Assembly (NCBI GenBank): GCA_964451855.1
Contig: CAYVJT010000001.1
Location: 19,796-83,795, forward strand
DNA from: an uncultured Actinomycetota bacterium
GTDB lineage: Bacteria > Actinomycetota > Nitriliruptoria > Nitriliruptorales > Nitriliruptoraceae
Length of the DNA stretch: 64,000 bases
Direction: 5' to 3'
Below the pieces are notes generated by a model. The model was given only the letters and a program-made list of their open reading frames with translations. It was not told the origin of the DNA and did no database searches. Each line of letters opens with the position of its first letter. The first letter of the stretch is position 1. Positions 50,565 through 59,111 of this stretch are shown in pieces. A program made the position numbers and the translations under genes.

Positions 50565-51095
50565 GTGCGAGGTTCGCTGCTCGGTATCGCCATCGCTGGT
50601 CTCGTGCTGGCGGGCTGTACGCCGGCCGTCGTCGGCGAGGCCATCGAGGCACAGGCGCTGGAGTGCCCACCCGGCACCGAGGGCTGCGACGAGATCCGGC
50701 CGATCGGTCCCGGCGGCGAGCTCGATGTCGACATGGGCAACTTCTTCTTCGAGTGGAACGACGGGATCGCGGTCACCGGGGAGATCGAGGTCGTCGCGCA
50801 CAACGTCAGCGCCGACTACCACAACATCGAGTTCCTCGGTGCGGCCGAGGGCTCGTCCTTCATGGGGGGCACCGACGGTGAAGCCGTCGCCGGTGCGGAC
50901 GGCAACGAGACCGGCGAGGGCACCGTGCTGCTCTTCCCGGGTGAGTGGACCGTGATCTGCAACGTGCCGGGGCACCGTGAGGCCGGCATGGAGACCACGA
51001 TCACGATCTACGCCACCGAGCAGGAGGCCGAGGAGGCCCTCGAGGAGTTCGGCCCCTCCGGCCAGCCCGAGGACGAGCCGGGCATGGCCGGCTGA
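50565..51095 (+). CDS. Cupredoxin (plastocyanin/amicyanin-like) type-1 copper lipoprotein
   Basis: AGGAG precedes GTG 50565. Lipobox LVLAGC. Cu ligand pattern H (YHNIEF) ... C-x2-PGH-x4-M (ICNVPGHREAGM). Acidic C-terminal tail. Confidence 0.7.
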   Translation: MRGSLLGIAIAGLVLAGCTPAVVGEAIEAQALECPPGTEGCDEIRPIGPGGELDVDMGNFFFEWNDGIAVTGEIEVVAHNVSADYHNIEFLGAAEGSSFMGGTDGEAVAGADGNETGEGTVLLFPGEWTVICNVPGHREAGMETTITIYATEQEAEEALEEFGPSGQPEDEPGMAG

Positions 51096-51116
51096 GCGAC
51101 GCCTGCCGAGCGTCGC

Positions 51117-51467
51117 CTAGTCGCCCCAGCCGAGGTAGCGCCCGCCGGCCTGCAGCGCCAGGTACCAGACGCCGAGCAGCGCGAAGGGCACGAACAGCGT
51201 CACGATCGGTCGTCGGCGGTGCCACCGCCAGATCACCACGGCCGACGCCACCCAGGCGGTGACGCTCGCCGCCAGCATCCACCGTGGTCCGAGCGCGGTC
51301 GTCAGGGGCAGCAGCGCCCCCACCATGACGTGCAGCACGATGGCACCGGCCAGCGCGAGGTAGGCGCTGAGGGTCCGCGCTGCCTCGACCTCGGGGTCGA
51401 GCCCCTGGCGACCACCTGTGGCACGGCGAGCTTCCGGCTCCCCGTTCGTGTCGCCGCCACCGGTCAT
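51117..51467 (-). CDS. Small membrane protein (about 116 aa, 3 TM), unknown function
   Basis: ATG 51467 overlaps the stop of the upstream accE-like ORF (ATGA). Hydrophobic helices follow a Gly/Arg-rich N-terminus. Confidence 0.45.
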   Translation of the reverse strand: MTGGGDTNGEPEARRATGGRQGLDPEVEAARTLSAYLALAGAIVLHVMVGALLPLTTALGPRWMLAASVTAWVASAVVIWRWHRRRPIVTLFVPFALLGVWYLALQAGGRYLGWGD

Positions 51468-51754
51468 CGCGGCTCCGCTCCGTCCAGGTCGGCGCGCTCG
51501 GCTACGCGGGGCAGGCCGACGCCCTCCCGTAACGCCGCGTGCTGCCATCCGCTCACCACCGGCGACGTCGAGGTGTCCCGCGCCTCCACGGAGAGCAGCG
51601 CGGCCGCCAACGCGGCAGCCTGAGCGTCGCTCGGGGCCCCGCCCCGGAGCACCACGACCCGAGGGCCCTTCGGTGGCCCGGAGCGCGCCACCTCGGCGTC
51701 CCCCGAGCTCGTTCGGGGTTCCGCGTCGAGGCCTGCGGCGTCGGGGACGCTCAC
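51464..51754 (-). CDS. accE: Acyl-CoA carboxylase epsilon subunit (AccE-like)
   Basis: GTG 51754 overlaps the pccB stop (GTGA). A small Ala-rich protein with the family-typical [19 protein letters not shown] core, immediately downstream of the carboxyltransferase gene. Confidence 0.6.
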   Translation of the reverse strand: MSVPDAAGLDAEPRTSSGDAEVARSGPPKGPRVVVLRGGAPSDAQAAALAAALLSVEARDTSTSPVVSGWQHAALREGVGLPRVAERADLDGAEPR

Positions 51755-53307
51755 AGGGGGATGTTCCCGTGCTTGCGGGCGGGCCGTGGCTCGCGCTTGG
51801 TCGCCGTGAAGTTCAGGGCACGAACCAGCTCACGACGGGTCTCGGACGGCTTGATGACCGCATCGACGTAGCCACGTTCGGCGGCCTTCCAGGGGTTGGC
51901 GAGGTCGCGGGCGTACATCTCCTCGAACTCCGCGTGCAGGGCGTCGGGATCCTCGGCCTCGGCGAGCTCCCGCCGGTGGAGGATGCTGACCGCGCCCTTG
52001 GCGCCCATGACGGCGATCTCGGCGGACGGCCAGGCGAGGTTGACGTCGGCACCCAGGTGCTTGGACCCCATGACGTCGTAGGCGCCGCCGTAGGCCTTGC
52101 GCACGATCACGGTGAGCTTGGGCACGGTCGCCTCGGCGTAGGCGTAGAGCAGCTTCGCGCCGTGGCGGATGATGCCGCCGTACTCCTGGTCGGTGCCGGG
52201 CATGAACCCTGGGACGTCCTCGAAGGTGATGACCGGGAGGTTGAACGCATCGCAGAAGCGCACGAACCGCGCACCCTTCTCCGAGCTGTCGATGTCGAGC
52301 ACGCCGGCGAGGTGCTGTGGCTGGTTGCCGACGATGCCGACCGCTTTGCCGTCGAGCCGGGCGAACCCGACCACGAGGTTCTGCGCGTACCGCTGGTGGA
52401 CCTCCAGGAACTCGGCGTCATCCACGACCTCGCGGACGATGTCGCGCACGTCGTAGGGGACGTTCGGGCTGTCGGGCATGAAGGTGTCGAGCGTGGGGAT
52501 GAGCCGCTCGGGGTCGTCGCTGGTGGGTACGGCCGGTGGGAGCTCGAGGTTGTTGGCGGGCAGGAACGACAGCAGGTAGGCGATGTCCTCCAGGCAGGTC
52601 GTCTCGTCGGGTGCTGCGAAGTGGGCGACCCCGGAGGTGCCGGCGTGGGTCATCGCACCGCCGAGCTGTTCCATCGTGACGTCCTCGCCCGTCACGGTCT
52701 TGATCACGTTCGGCCCCGTGATGAACATGTGGGCGGTGTCCTGGACCATGAACACGAAGTCGGTGATCGCGGGGGAGTAGACCGCCCCGCCGGCGCAGGG
52801 CCCCATGATCGCGCTGATCTGGGGGATCACCCCGGAGCTGCGGACGTTGCGGTGGAAGATGTCGCCGTAGCCGCCGAGGCTGACGACCCCCTCCTGGATG
52901 CGGGCGCCCCCGGAGTCGTTGAGGCCGATCACGGGCACGCCCATGCGCTCGGCCAGTTCCATGACCTTGACGACCTTTGCGGCGAACACCTCGCCGAGGC
53001 TGCCGCCGAAGGCGGTGAAGTCCTGGCTGAACACGCACACGGGTCGGCCGTCGATCGTGCCGTGGCCCGTCACGACCCCGTCGCCGAGGATCTTCCTCTC
53101 CTCCAGCCCGAAGCCGGTCGCGCGGTGGACGGCGAAGGCGTCGGTCTCGACGAACGACCCCTCGTCGAGCAGGACGTCCAACCGCTCGCGCGCCGTGAGC
53201 TTGCCGCGCTCGTGCTGCTTGGCGATCGCCTCCTCGCCGCCGCCGGCCATCGCCTCGGCCCGGCGTCGTTCGAGCTCGGCGAGCTTCTCCTCGGTGGTCT
53301 TTGCCAC
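51751..53307 (-). CDS. pccB: Propionyl-CoA / acyl-CoA carboxylase carboxyltransferase (beta) subunit
   Basis: [19 protein letters not shown]; FSQDFT..GGSLGE; the two crotonase-like halves; NIPL C-terminus. Confidence 0.95.
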   Translation of the reverse strand: MAKTTEEKLAELERRRAEAMAGGGEEAIAKQHERGKLTARERLDVLLDEGSFVETDAFAVHRATGFGLEERKILGDGVVTGHGTIDGRPVCVFSQDFTAFGGSLGEVFAAKVVKVMELAERMGVPVIGLNDSGGARIQEGVVSLGGYGDIFHRNVRSSGVIPQISAIMGPCAGGAVYSPAITDFVFMVQDTAHMFITGPNVIKTVTGEDVTMEQLGGAMTHAGTSGVAHFAAPDETTCLEDIAYLLSFLPANNLELPPAVPTSDDPERLIPTLDTFMPDSPNVPYDVRDIVREVVDDAEFLEVHQRYAQNLVVGFARLDGKAVGIVGNQPQHLAGVLDIDSSEKGARFVRFCDAFNLPVITFEDVPGFMPGTDQEYGGIIRHGAKLLYAYAEATVPKLTVIVRKAYGGAYDVMGSKHLGADVNLAWPSAEIAVMGAKGAVSILHRRELAEAEDPDALHAEFEEMYARDLANPWKAAERGYVDAVIKPSETRRELVRALNFTATKREPRPARKHGNIPL

Positions 53308-53495
53308 GGTGGGTCCCTTCGCAGCGGTGACCGGCGCGGACGGACGCCGGAGGCGGTCTGGCCGCTCAGGCTACTTGCCGCCCGTCCGCCACCCGCAGTC
53401 TGCCCGTTGGCTCGACCGCGGGTTCGCCGGTGGGCGTGACGTAGCCTCTGCCCGTCGGCAGACAAGCAGCGGTCGCCTCGTGTGGGAGGGCATCG

Positions 53496-54317
53496 GTGGA
53501 TCTGGCATCGGATCTGGCATCGCACCCGCAGGTGGTCGCTCTGCTCGAGTCCTCCCCGACGTGGCACACCCTCGAGCATCTCGCGGAGGTCACCTCCACC
53601 CAGGACGTCGCCCTCGCGCGGCTCAACGCCGGCGTGCCACCAGGGGTGGTCGTGGTCGCCGATGCCCAGACGGCGGGGCGCGGTCGGCTCGGTCGGCCCT
53701 GGCGCGATGCGGTCCAGGGCCGGACGGGACCCGCGAACCTGGCGATCACCGCCACCGCCGTGGCTCCGGACGCTGGCGCCGGCATGGTGCCGCTGGTGGT
53801 CGGGATCGCGGTCGCGGAGGCCTTCCAGGGGTCCGGCGGGTCACCTCGCCTCAAGTGGCCGAACGACGTGCTGCTCGACGGCCGCAAGGCGGCGGGCATC
53901 CTGGTCGAGCGACACACGCTGTCGAGGGGGGCGGTGCTGCTCATCGGGTGCGGGCTCAACCTCGACTGGCGGGACGTGCGGCGTGAGGGCGATGCGCGCA
54001 GCTGGACCTCCCTGGCAGAGACGGTGGAGGGCGAGGTCGTGCGCGCGCAGGTGCTGGTCGACCTGCTCGGCCACCTGGCTGCCGGCCTGGACCAACTCCA
54101 CCGTGACCCCGGGTCGGTGGTCCGGGCCTACCGGTCCTGGTCGGCGACGGTCGGCGAGCCGGTGCGTGTCGAGCGGCCGGGGCGCGACCCGCTCCACGGT
54201 GTCGCGATCGACCTCGACGTCGAGGGGCGCCTGATCGTCCAGACCGGTTCGGACCGGGAGGTGATCGACGTCGGCGACGTCGTCCACGTGCGCGCTGCGG
54301 ATGAACGCTCGACATGA
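53496..54317 (+). CDS. birA: Biotin--[acetyl-CoA-carboxylase] ligase (no N-terminal HTH domain)
   Basis: STQD.A; QTAGRGRLGR.W; KWPNDVLL.G.K..GILVE. GGGAGGG precedes GTG 53496. Confidence 0.88.
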   Translation: MDLASDLASHPQVVALLESSPTWHTLEHLAEVTSTQDVALARLNAGVPPGVVVVADAQTAGRGRLGRPWRDAVQGRTGPANLAITATAVAPDAGAGMVPLVVGIAVAEAFQGSGGSPRLKWPNDVLLDGRKAAGILVERHTLSRGAVLLIGCGLNLDWRDVRREGDARSWTSLAETVEGEVVRAQVLVDLLGHLAAGLDQLHRDPGSVVRAYRSWSATVGEPVRVERPGRDPLHGVAIDLDVEGRLIVQTGSDREVIDVGDVVHVRAADERST

Positions 54318-54382
54318 TCCTTTGACGTCCAACTAGTCTGGTGCCTGTCCCCCGAGACCCCGTCCAGACCCCGGAGTGCGCG

Positions 54383-55522
54383 ATGTCGTCGTTCGAGCTC
54401 AGCCCCGAGCAGGAGGAGTTCCGCAAGGTCGTCGCTGCCTTCGCCGACGAGGTGGTGGCGCCGGCGGCGACGGGGTTCAACGCCGAGGGCCGGTTCCCCG
54501 TGCAGATCGTGCGACAGATGGGCGAGATGGGGCTGTTCGGGATCCCCTTCGCCTCCGAGTACGGCGGGATGGACGGCGACTACCTGACCCTGTGCCTGGC
54601 CATCGAGGAGCTCGGCCGGGTCGACCAGTCGGTCGGGATCACCCTGGAGGCCGGGGTCGGGCTCGGGGCGGCGCCGATCGACGAGTTCGGCACCGAGGAG
54701 CAGAAGCAGCGGTGGCTGCCGGAGCTGTGCCGCGGCGAGAAGCTCGGGGCCTTCGGCCTGACGGAGCCAGGTGGTGGTTCCGACGTGTTCGGGACCGCGC
54801 GGACCCGCGCCGTGCAGGACGGCGACGAGTGGGTGATCGACGGCGCGAAGCAGTTCATCACCAACGCCGGCACGGAGATGACCTCGGTGGTCACCGTCAC
54901 CGCATGGACCGCAGAGCGGGAGATGACCGCCATCATCGTGCCGATCGACACGCCAGGGGTGTCGATCGCGCCGCCGTACCACAAGGTCGGGTGGCATGCG
55001 TCCGACACCCGGGAGCTGACCTTCGATGGGGTCCGGGTGCCGGTCGACAACACCCTCGGGGAACGGGGCGCCGGGTTCCGGCAGTTCCTCAAGACCCTCG
55101 ACGACGGGCGTATCGCGATCGCGGCACTCGCGGTCGGGCTGATCCAGGGGTGTGTCGACGAGTGCGTCCGCTACGCCAACGAGCGTGAGGCGTTCGGCGG
55201 ACCGATCGGCAAGCAGCAGGCGATCGCCTTCAAGATCGCCGACCTCGAGGTCGCGGCGCAGACCGCCCGGCAGATGTACCGCTACGCCTGCCGTCGTAAG
55301 CTGGCCGGGCTGCCCTACAAGCGCGAGGCGGCCATCGCGAAGCTGTACTCGTCGGAGCAGGCGGTGACCGCGGCGCGGGAGGCGACCCAGATCTTCGGCG
55401 GCATGGGGTTCACCACCGAGACCCGGGTCGGCCGCTTCTACCAGGACGCCAAGATCCTCGAGATCGGTGAGGGCACCTCCGAGGTGCAACGGATGCTGAT
55501 CTCCCGTGACCTGGGGTTGTAA
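54383..55522 (+). CDS. Acyl-CoA dehydrogenase (short/branched-chain type)
   Basis: LSPEQEEFR; LTEPGGGSD; FITNAG; IFGG.GF..E..V.RFYRDAKI.EIGEGTSE.QR..I. Confidence 0.93.
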   Translation: MSSFELSPEQEEFRKVVAAFADEVVAPAATGFNAEGRFPVQIVRQMGEMGLFGIPFASEYGGMDGDYLTLCLAIEELGRVDQSVGITLEAGVGLGAAPIDEFGTEEQKQRWLPELCRGEKLGAFGLTEPGGGSDVFGTARTRAVQDGDEWVIDGAKQFITNAGTEMTSVVTVTAWTAEREMTAIIVPIDTPGVSIAPPYHKVGWHASDTRELTFDGVRVPVDNTLGERGAGFRQFLKTLDDGRIAIAALAVGLIQGCVDECVRYANEREAFGGPIGKQQAIAFKIADLEVAAQTARQMYRYACRRKLAGLPYKREAAIAKLYSSEQAVTAAREATQIFGGMGFTTETRVGRFYQDAKILEIGEGTSEVQRMLISRDLGL

Positions 55523-55735
55523 CGACGCGCCGCTCACGCCGCGCTCGGTGGCCGAGCCCGCGCCCCCCGTGTGATCGCGTCGGGAAGGGGTCTCGTACGG
55601 ACCAGGGGAACCATGGGCGTGGTGTGCTGTCAGCATGGCCGGAGCCCCGGAGTCCGGTCCTTCACCGCATAGGGACCGCTTCGGCGCCCGGTCGTCGTTA
55701 GGCTCGTGCGCGACGAGCTGAGCGAAGGACGTGCG

Positions 55736-55954
55736 ATGGCCGACACACCCGACTTCCGTCCGGTCGGGGACCTGCCGGACGAGATCGGTAAGACCGCCGC
55801 CCGCGAGCTCTCCCTCAACGGGATCACCAGCCTGCAGCAGGTCGCCGATCACTCGAAGCGAGAGCTGCTCGCGATCCACGGCGTTGGACCCAAGGCGATC
55901 GCCATCCTCGGTGACGCGCTGGCCGCGAAGGGCCTCGGGTACAAGCAGTCCTGA
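55736..55954 (+). CDS. Small helix-hairpin-helix DNA-binding protein (72 aa)
   Basis: GAAGGA RBS. Two HhH-like elements (LNGITSLQQVA and LLAIHGVGPKAI). Confidence 0.6.
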   Translation: MADTPDFRPVGDLPDEIGKTAARELSLNGITSLQQVADHSKRELLAIHGVGPKAIAILGDALAAKGLGYKQS

Positions 55955-56357
55955 TCGACGCCAGCGATCGGTCGGTGGGCGATCCGAGGCCGCGCCTACG
56001 TGGAGTCGCTGATGCCTGACCACGCTGCAGCGCCAAGAGTGCACGTCGGTCGAGCTTCTCACGTGGGAGGACACCGGCTGGCACGAACGGGCGGCGAAGC
56101 TCGCGTCCTCGCGTGGCTGGACCCATCGGAGGGTGGAGTCTGCAGATGAGGCGGCCACCTGCTGCACGGGGAGTTCCTGATCGTGTGGACCGTCTTCGCT
56201 GCCGACGGCGATGCACTCGACGAGCTGCTTCGTGCCGCACGCGAGCAGCCTGCTGCGCGTGGCTCGATCGCCAGCAACCGCGATCCCGCGCCACGTCGGG
56301 TGGACGACACGGCGTTGTGACCTGGTTCAAGACGTAGACGAGAACGCCGGATCTGTG

Positions 56358-57099
56358 ATGGCCCAATCATCGTGGGGGCGACTGTCTGGGGGGTTGGTGG
56401 TGGAGGGCGGTCGTCGGATCCTCGACCTCCTCGACCTCGAGGTGCGCTCGGGTGAGCGTCTGGTGCTCCTCAGCCCTCGGGCTCTGGCGAGACCACGCTG
56501 CTCCGGGCGATCGCAGGCGTCCAGCGGATCGAGGACGGCACGCTCCGCCTCGACAGTGTGGAGGTCACCACCGCCCCGTCACGGGAACGCAACATCGCCA
56601 TGATCGACCAACAGGCCAGCCTCCAGCCGCACCTGGACGTGTGCGGTGGCCTCGGCTTCGCGCTGCGCCTACGTCGGGCCCGAGCGAACGGATCGCGGCG
56701 CACAGCCGCGTCTTCGTACTCGACGACCTCCTTGCCCGCCGGCCTCGCACCCCGTCGGGGGTGAGCGCCACGAGGTGGCGGTGGCCCGCTCGCTGGTGGC
56801 CGCGCCTCGGTCCTGCTGATAGACGAGCCGCTCGCCCGGATCGATCCGGTGCGACGCGGTCGGCTGCTGCGCCGGGGCCCGTCCCCACACCGCGCGAGCG
56901 ACCAGCACCGTGTCGTGCGGAGGGGGTTGTCCGACGCCAAGGTCACCCTGCACCTGCGCACCCTCGACGGCCGTCGCCTCACGGCCGTCACCGCCCGCCC
57001 CGGGACCGACGCCGACCAGCGGGTCCTGCTGGACGTAACCCCGCGGCGGTCCACCTGTTCGACCCCGTCACGGCAACCGCCGTCATCCACGGCGTGTGA
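56358..57099 (+). pseudogene. Degraded MalK/MsiK/UgpC-type sugar ABC transporter ATPase gene (multiple frameshifts, in-frame stops, internal deletion)
   Basis: The pieces are spread over three frames. They are LDLEVRSGERLVLL; PSGSGETTLLRAIAGV (Walker A Lys replaced by Glu); ERNIAMIDQQASLQPHLDV; PSGGERHEVAVARSLVAAPR (remnant of LSGGQ); LLIDEPLARID (Walker B, interrupted by TGA TAG); and the TOBE-type tail KVTLHLRTLDGR..VHLFDPVTATAVIHGV*. The total length of about 740 nt is far short of the roughly 1.1 kb expected. Confidence 0.75.
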
Positions 57100-57117
57100 C
57101 CCCAACCGCCTCCACGG

Positions 57118-57153
57118 TTCGAGGGCCGCCCCCGAACGGAAGCGGCCCTCGAG
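57118..57153. terminator. GC-rich hairpin (11-12 bp stem TTCGAGGGCCGC / GCGGCCCTCGAG, 12-nt loop) between convergent genes
   Basis: Read directly. It lies between the pseudogene end (57099) and the stop of the small lipoprotein gene (57176). There is no U-tract. Confidence 0.45.
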
Positions 57154-57175
57154 CGCGGGAGCGGGAGAGTCGGGG

Positions 57176-57340
57176 TCACAGGTCGTCGCCGTCATCGAGG
57201 TCGTCATCGAAGTCGTTGGCCGGATCCTCGATGCCGGGGTCGTCGACGTCGTCGATCTCGCCCGGGTCGCAGGCGACCACGCCCAGGGCGAGCGGCACAG
57301 CCGCGATCAGTCCGAACTTCGCGATCAGCTTGCGGTTCAT
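57176..57340 (-). CDS. Tiny lipoprotein (54 aa) with an extremely acidic 30-aa mature region
   Basis: GAGGAGG sits 6 nt upstream of ATG 57340. Signal MNRKLIAKFGLIAAVPLALGVVAC. Mature peptide CDPGEIDDVDDPGIEDPANDFDDDLDDGDDL. Confidence 0.6.
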   Translation of the reverse strand: MNRKLIAKFGLIAAVPLALGVVACDPGEIDDVDDPGIEDPANDFDDDLDDGDDL

Positions 57341-57662
57341 GTGCGTCCTCCTCGATCGGAGCTTGCTGATGTCTTGCACTCAGCACGGTAGGAAGCCGCC
57401 CGCCGGGTGACGTGTGCGGACGGTCACGGGCCTGTCGGCGGGGACGGTTCGGCCAGGGTGGTGTGGGCGCTTGACCGCCAGCCCTCGACCAAGCCTGCCG
57501 TGGTTCCGGGCGCAACGTGTCCTCGGCACGGCGGACTCAACCGACCTGGCGACTGCGGGCGTTGCGCATCGGTCGGCGGCGGCCTGCGACACGGGGCACC
57601 CTTGGGAGGCGCGACGTGAACACAACCATCGTTGCCGACGTCAGCCACGAAGGACGTGTCCC

Positions 57663-58235
57663 ATGACTGTCCTGCGCGCCGCGACACTTGGTGTGATCGT
57701 CGTCCTGGCTGCCTGTACGAGTGCAGGTTCCGAAGACGCGACTGGTTCGCCGACCGCCGGCGACTCAGTCTCGCCGACGCCCTCGGCCATCGAGCTGCCA
57801 TGCGACGACGCGATCGATACGGACGCCGACCTGCCGGTCAGTTTCACGGTCGTTGCCGACGCGGTGGCACTGCCGACGTCCCACAGCGCAGACCGAGCGC
57901 TCCAGACGAGCCACCGCGAGGACAGCCCGGCGCCCAACTACTTCGCCAAGACCGGCCTCGCCGTTGGACCTGACGTCGCCTTCACCATCCAGGTGGACGC
58001 ACCAGCACAGACCGCGCAGCTCGGCTGGGGCAGTCCGGCGGACTTCGCACCGGCGATGACGACCGAAGGTTGTACCGGCGACGGGTGGACGGTGTTCGCT
58101 GGTGGCTTCCTGGTCGACGAGCCGCGCTGCGTCGAGATCACCGTCAGGACCGACGGCGCCGAGGAAACGGCTCAGATCGGTGTCGGGGCGCCTTGCGAGG
58201 GACAACAGCCCCCACCCGAGCCCACGGATCCATAG
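57663..58235 (+). CDS. Lipoprotein of unknown function (190 aa, 4 Cys in mature part)
   Basis: GAAGGA RBS. Signal MTVLRAATLGVIVVLAAC. I recognise no domain in it. Confidence 0.65.
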   Translation: MTVLRAATLGVIVVLAACTSAGSEDATGSPTAGDSVSPTPSAIELPCDDAIDTDADLPVSFTVVADAVALPTSHSADRALQTSHREDSPAPNYFAKTGLAVGPDVAFTIQVDAPAQTAQLGWGSPADFAPAMTTEGCTGDGWTVFAGGFLVDEPRCVEITVRTDGAEETAQIGVGAPCEGQQPPPEPTDP

Positions 58236-58661
58236 CACCACTGCACCTTGCGGTTCCTGTATCTGGCTCGAGACCCCCGCTTGACGGTGACGTGACCGAG
58301 CGTGCGTGGGACGAGTGCCCCGAGCAGCACATTCTCCCCACTGGGCCGCCAACGTCCCCGCCACGCAGTGGCGGAGAAGCAGAAGAGCGCCATCCAGCCG
58401 AAGACCACAAGCCTTGATCCGATCAGGGCGACGTGCCGCCTCGAGAACGCGGCCCGCAGACGGCGATCCTGAACCGCGGCCCGCCCCGACGCCGAGGACC
58501 GACCCTGCGGTGACCGAGCCACCAATCACCTGCGAGTTGTCCGCCCACGGCAGTGACCTGGCGGCTCCGGGCGTATCCGCACGGTCGCACGGGTGCGGTC
58601 TGTGACGGGCATCGTCGCGTGACTATCGTGATCGGGCAGCGTCTGCAGCGCAGGGGGACCG

Positions 58662-59111
58662 GTGAGGTTCGAGTACGACTTTCAGATCGCGGGACGCCCT
58701 GTCGGGATCTACGTGCTCGAGGATGACGGGTCTGAGCTTCGTCAGCTCGTGGACTTCGAGACCCAGGACGGTGAGCGCTATCGAAACGAGCATCGCGTGC
58801 GCTATCGGCGGGGCCGACCCGTGGCGTATCGCGTCGGGACGTCCGACTGGGTGGACTGCTCTGACGCCCCCAGCAGCCACTGGCCGACCGCTGCCTACCC
58901 ACTGTTGCTGCGAGCGAGCGTGACCGAGTACCTCGCGATCGACGAGGAAACCGGACAGCTCACGCCACGCACGCTGGAGTACGCCGAGGGGTGGGTCGTG
59001 GAGCGTCAGGGCGACCGTGTCGTCCGCGCCTTTGAACTGCGTGGTGACGACGTCATCCGCATCGACTGGGGCGGCGCGATCTCCGAGCTCCAGCCAACGA
59101 GCCCGGGATAG
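58662..59111 (+). CDS. Hypothetical cytoplasmic protein (149 aa)
   Basis: AGGGGGA precedes GTG 58662. Composition is balanced and beta-rich-looking (MRFEYDFQIAGRPVGIYVLEDDGSEL..). I recognise no family for it. Confidence 0.55.
   Translation: MRFEYDFQIAGRPVGIYVLEDDGSELRQLVDFETQDGERYRNEHRVRYRRGRPVAYRVGTSDWVDCSDAPSSHWPTAAYPLLLRASVTEYLAIDEETGQLTPRTLEYAEGWVVERQGDRVVRAFELRGDDVIRIDWGGAISELQPTSPG

Noticed and set aside
53497-53520. A 12-bp tandem duplication (GGATCTGGCATC x2) at the 5' end of birA, encoding DLASDLAS.
   Set aside because: It is in frame, within a poorly conserved N-terminal segment, and most simply a neutral slippage duplication. This BirA lacks the HTH domain, so an autoregulatory operator is not expected.
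57341-57662. Considered the 322-bp divergent region between the two lipoprotein genes as a possible riboswitch or sRNA locus. The in-frame upstream extension of ORF 57414..58235 was also considered.
   Set aside because: I could not recognise any known RNA motif. The upstream extension is Arg/Pro-rich and precedes a perfect signal peptide that starts at ATG 57663 with its own RBS.
55720-57665. A shared 11-mer, CGAAGGACGTG, containing the RBS of both the HhH gene (about 55725) and the lipoprotein gene (about 57647).
   Set aside because: There are only two copies, the match is short and is dominated by the Shine-Dalgarno core. Chance is the likely explanation.
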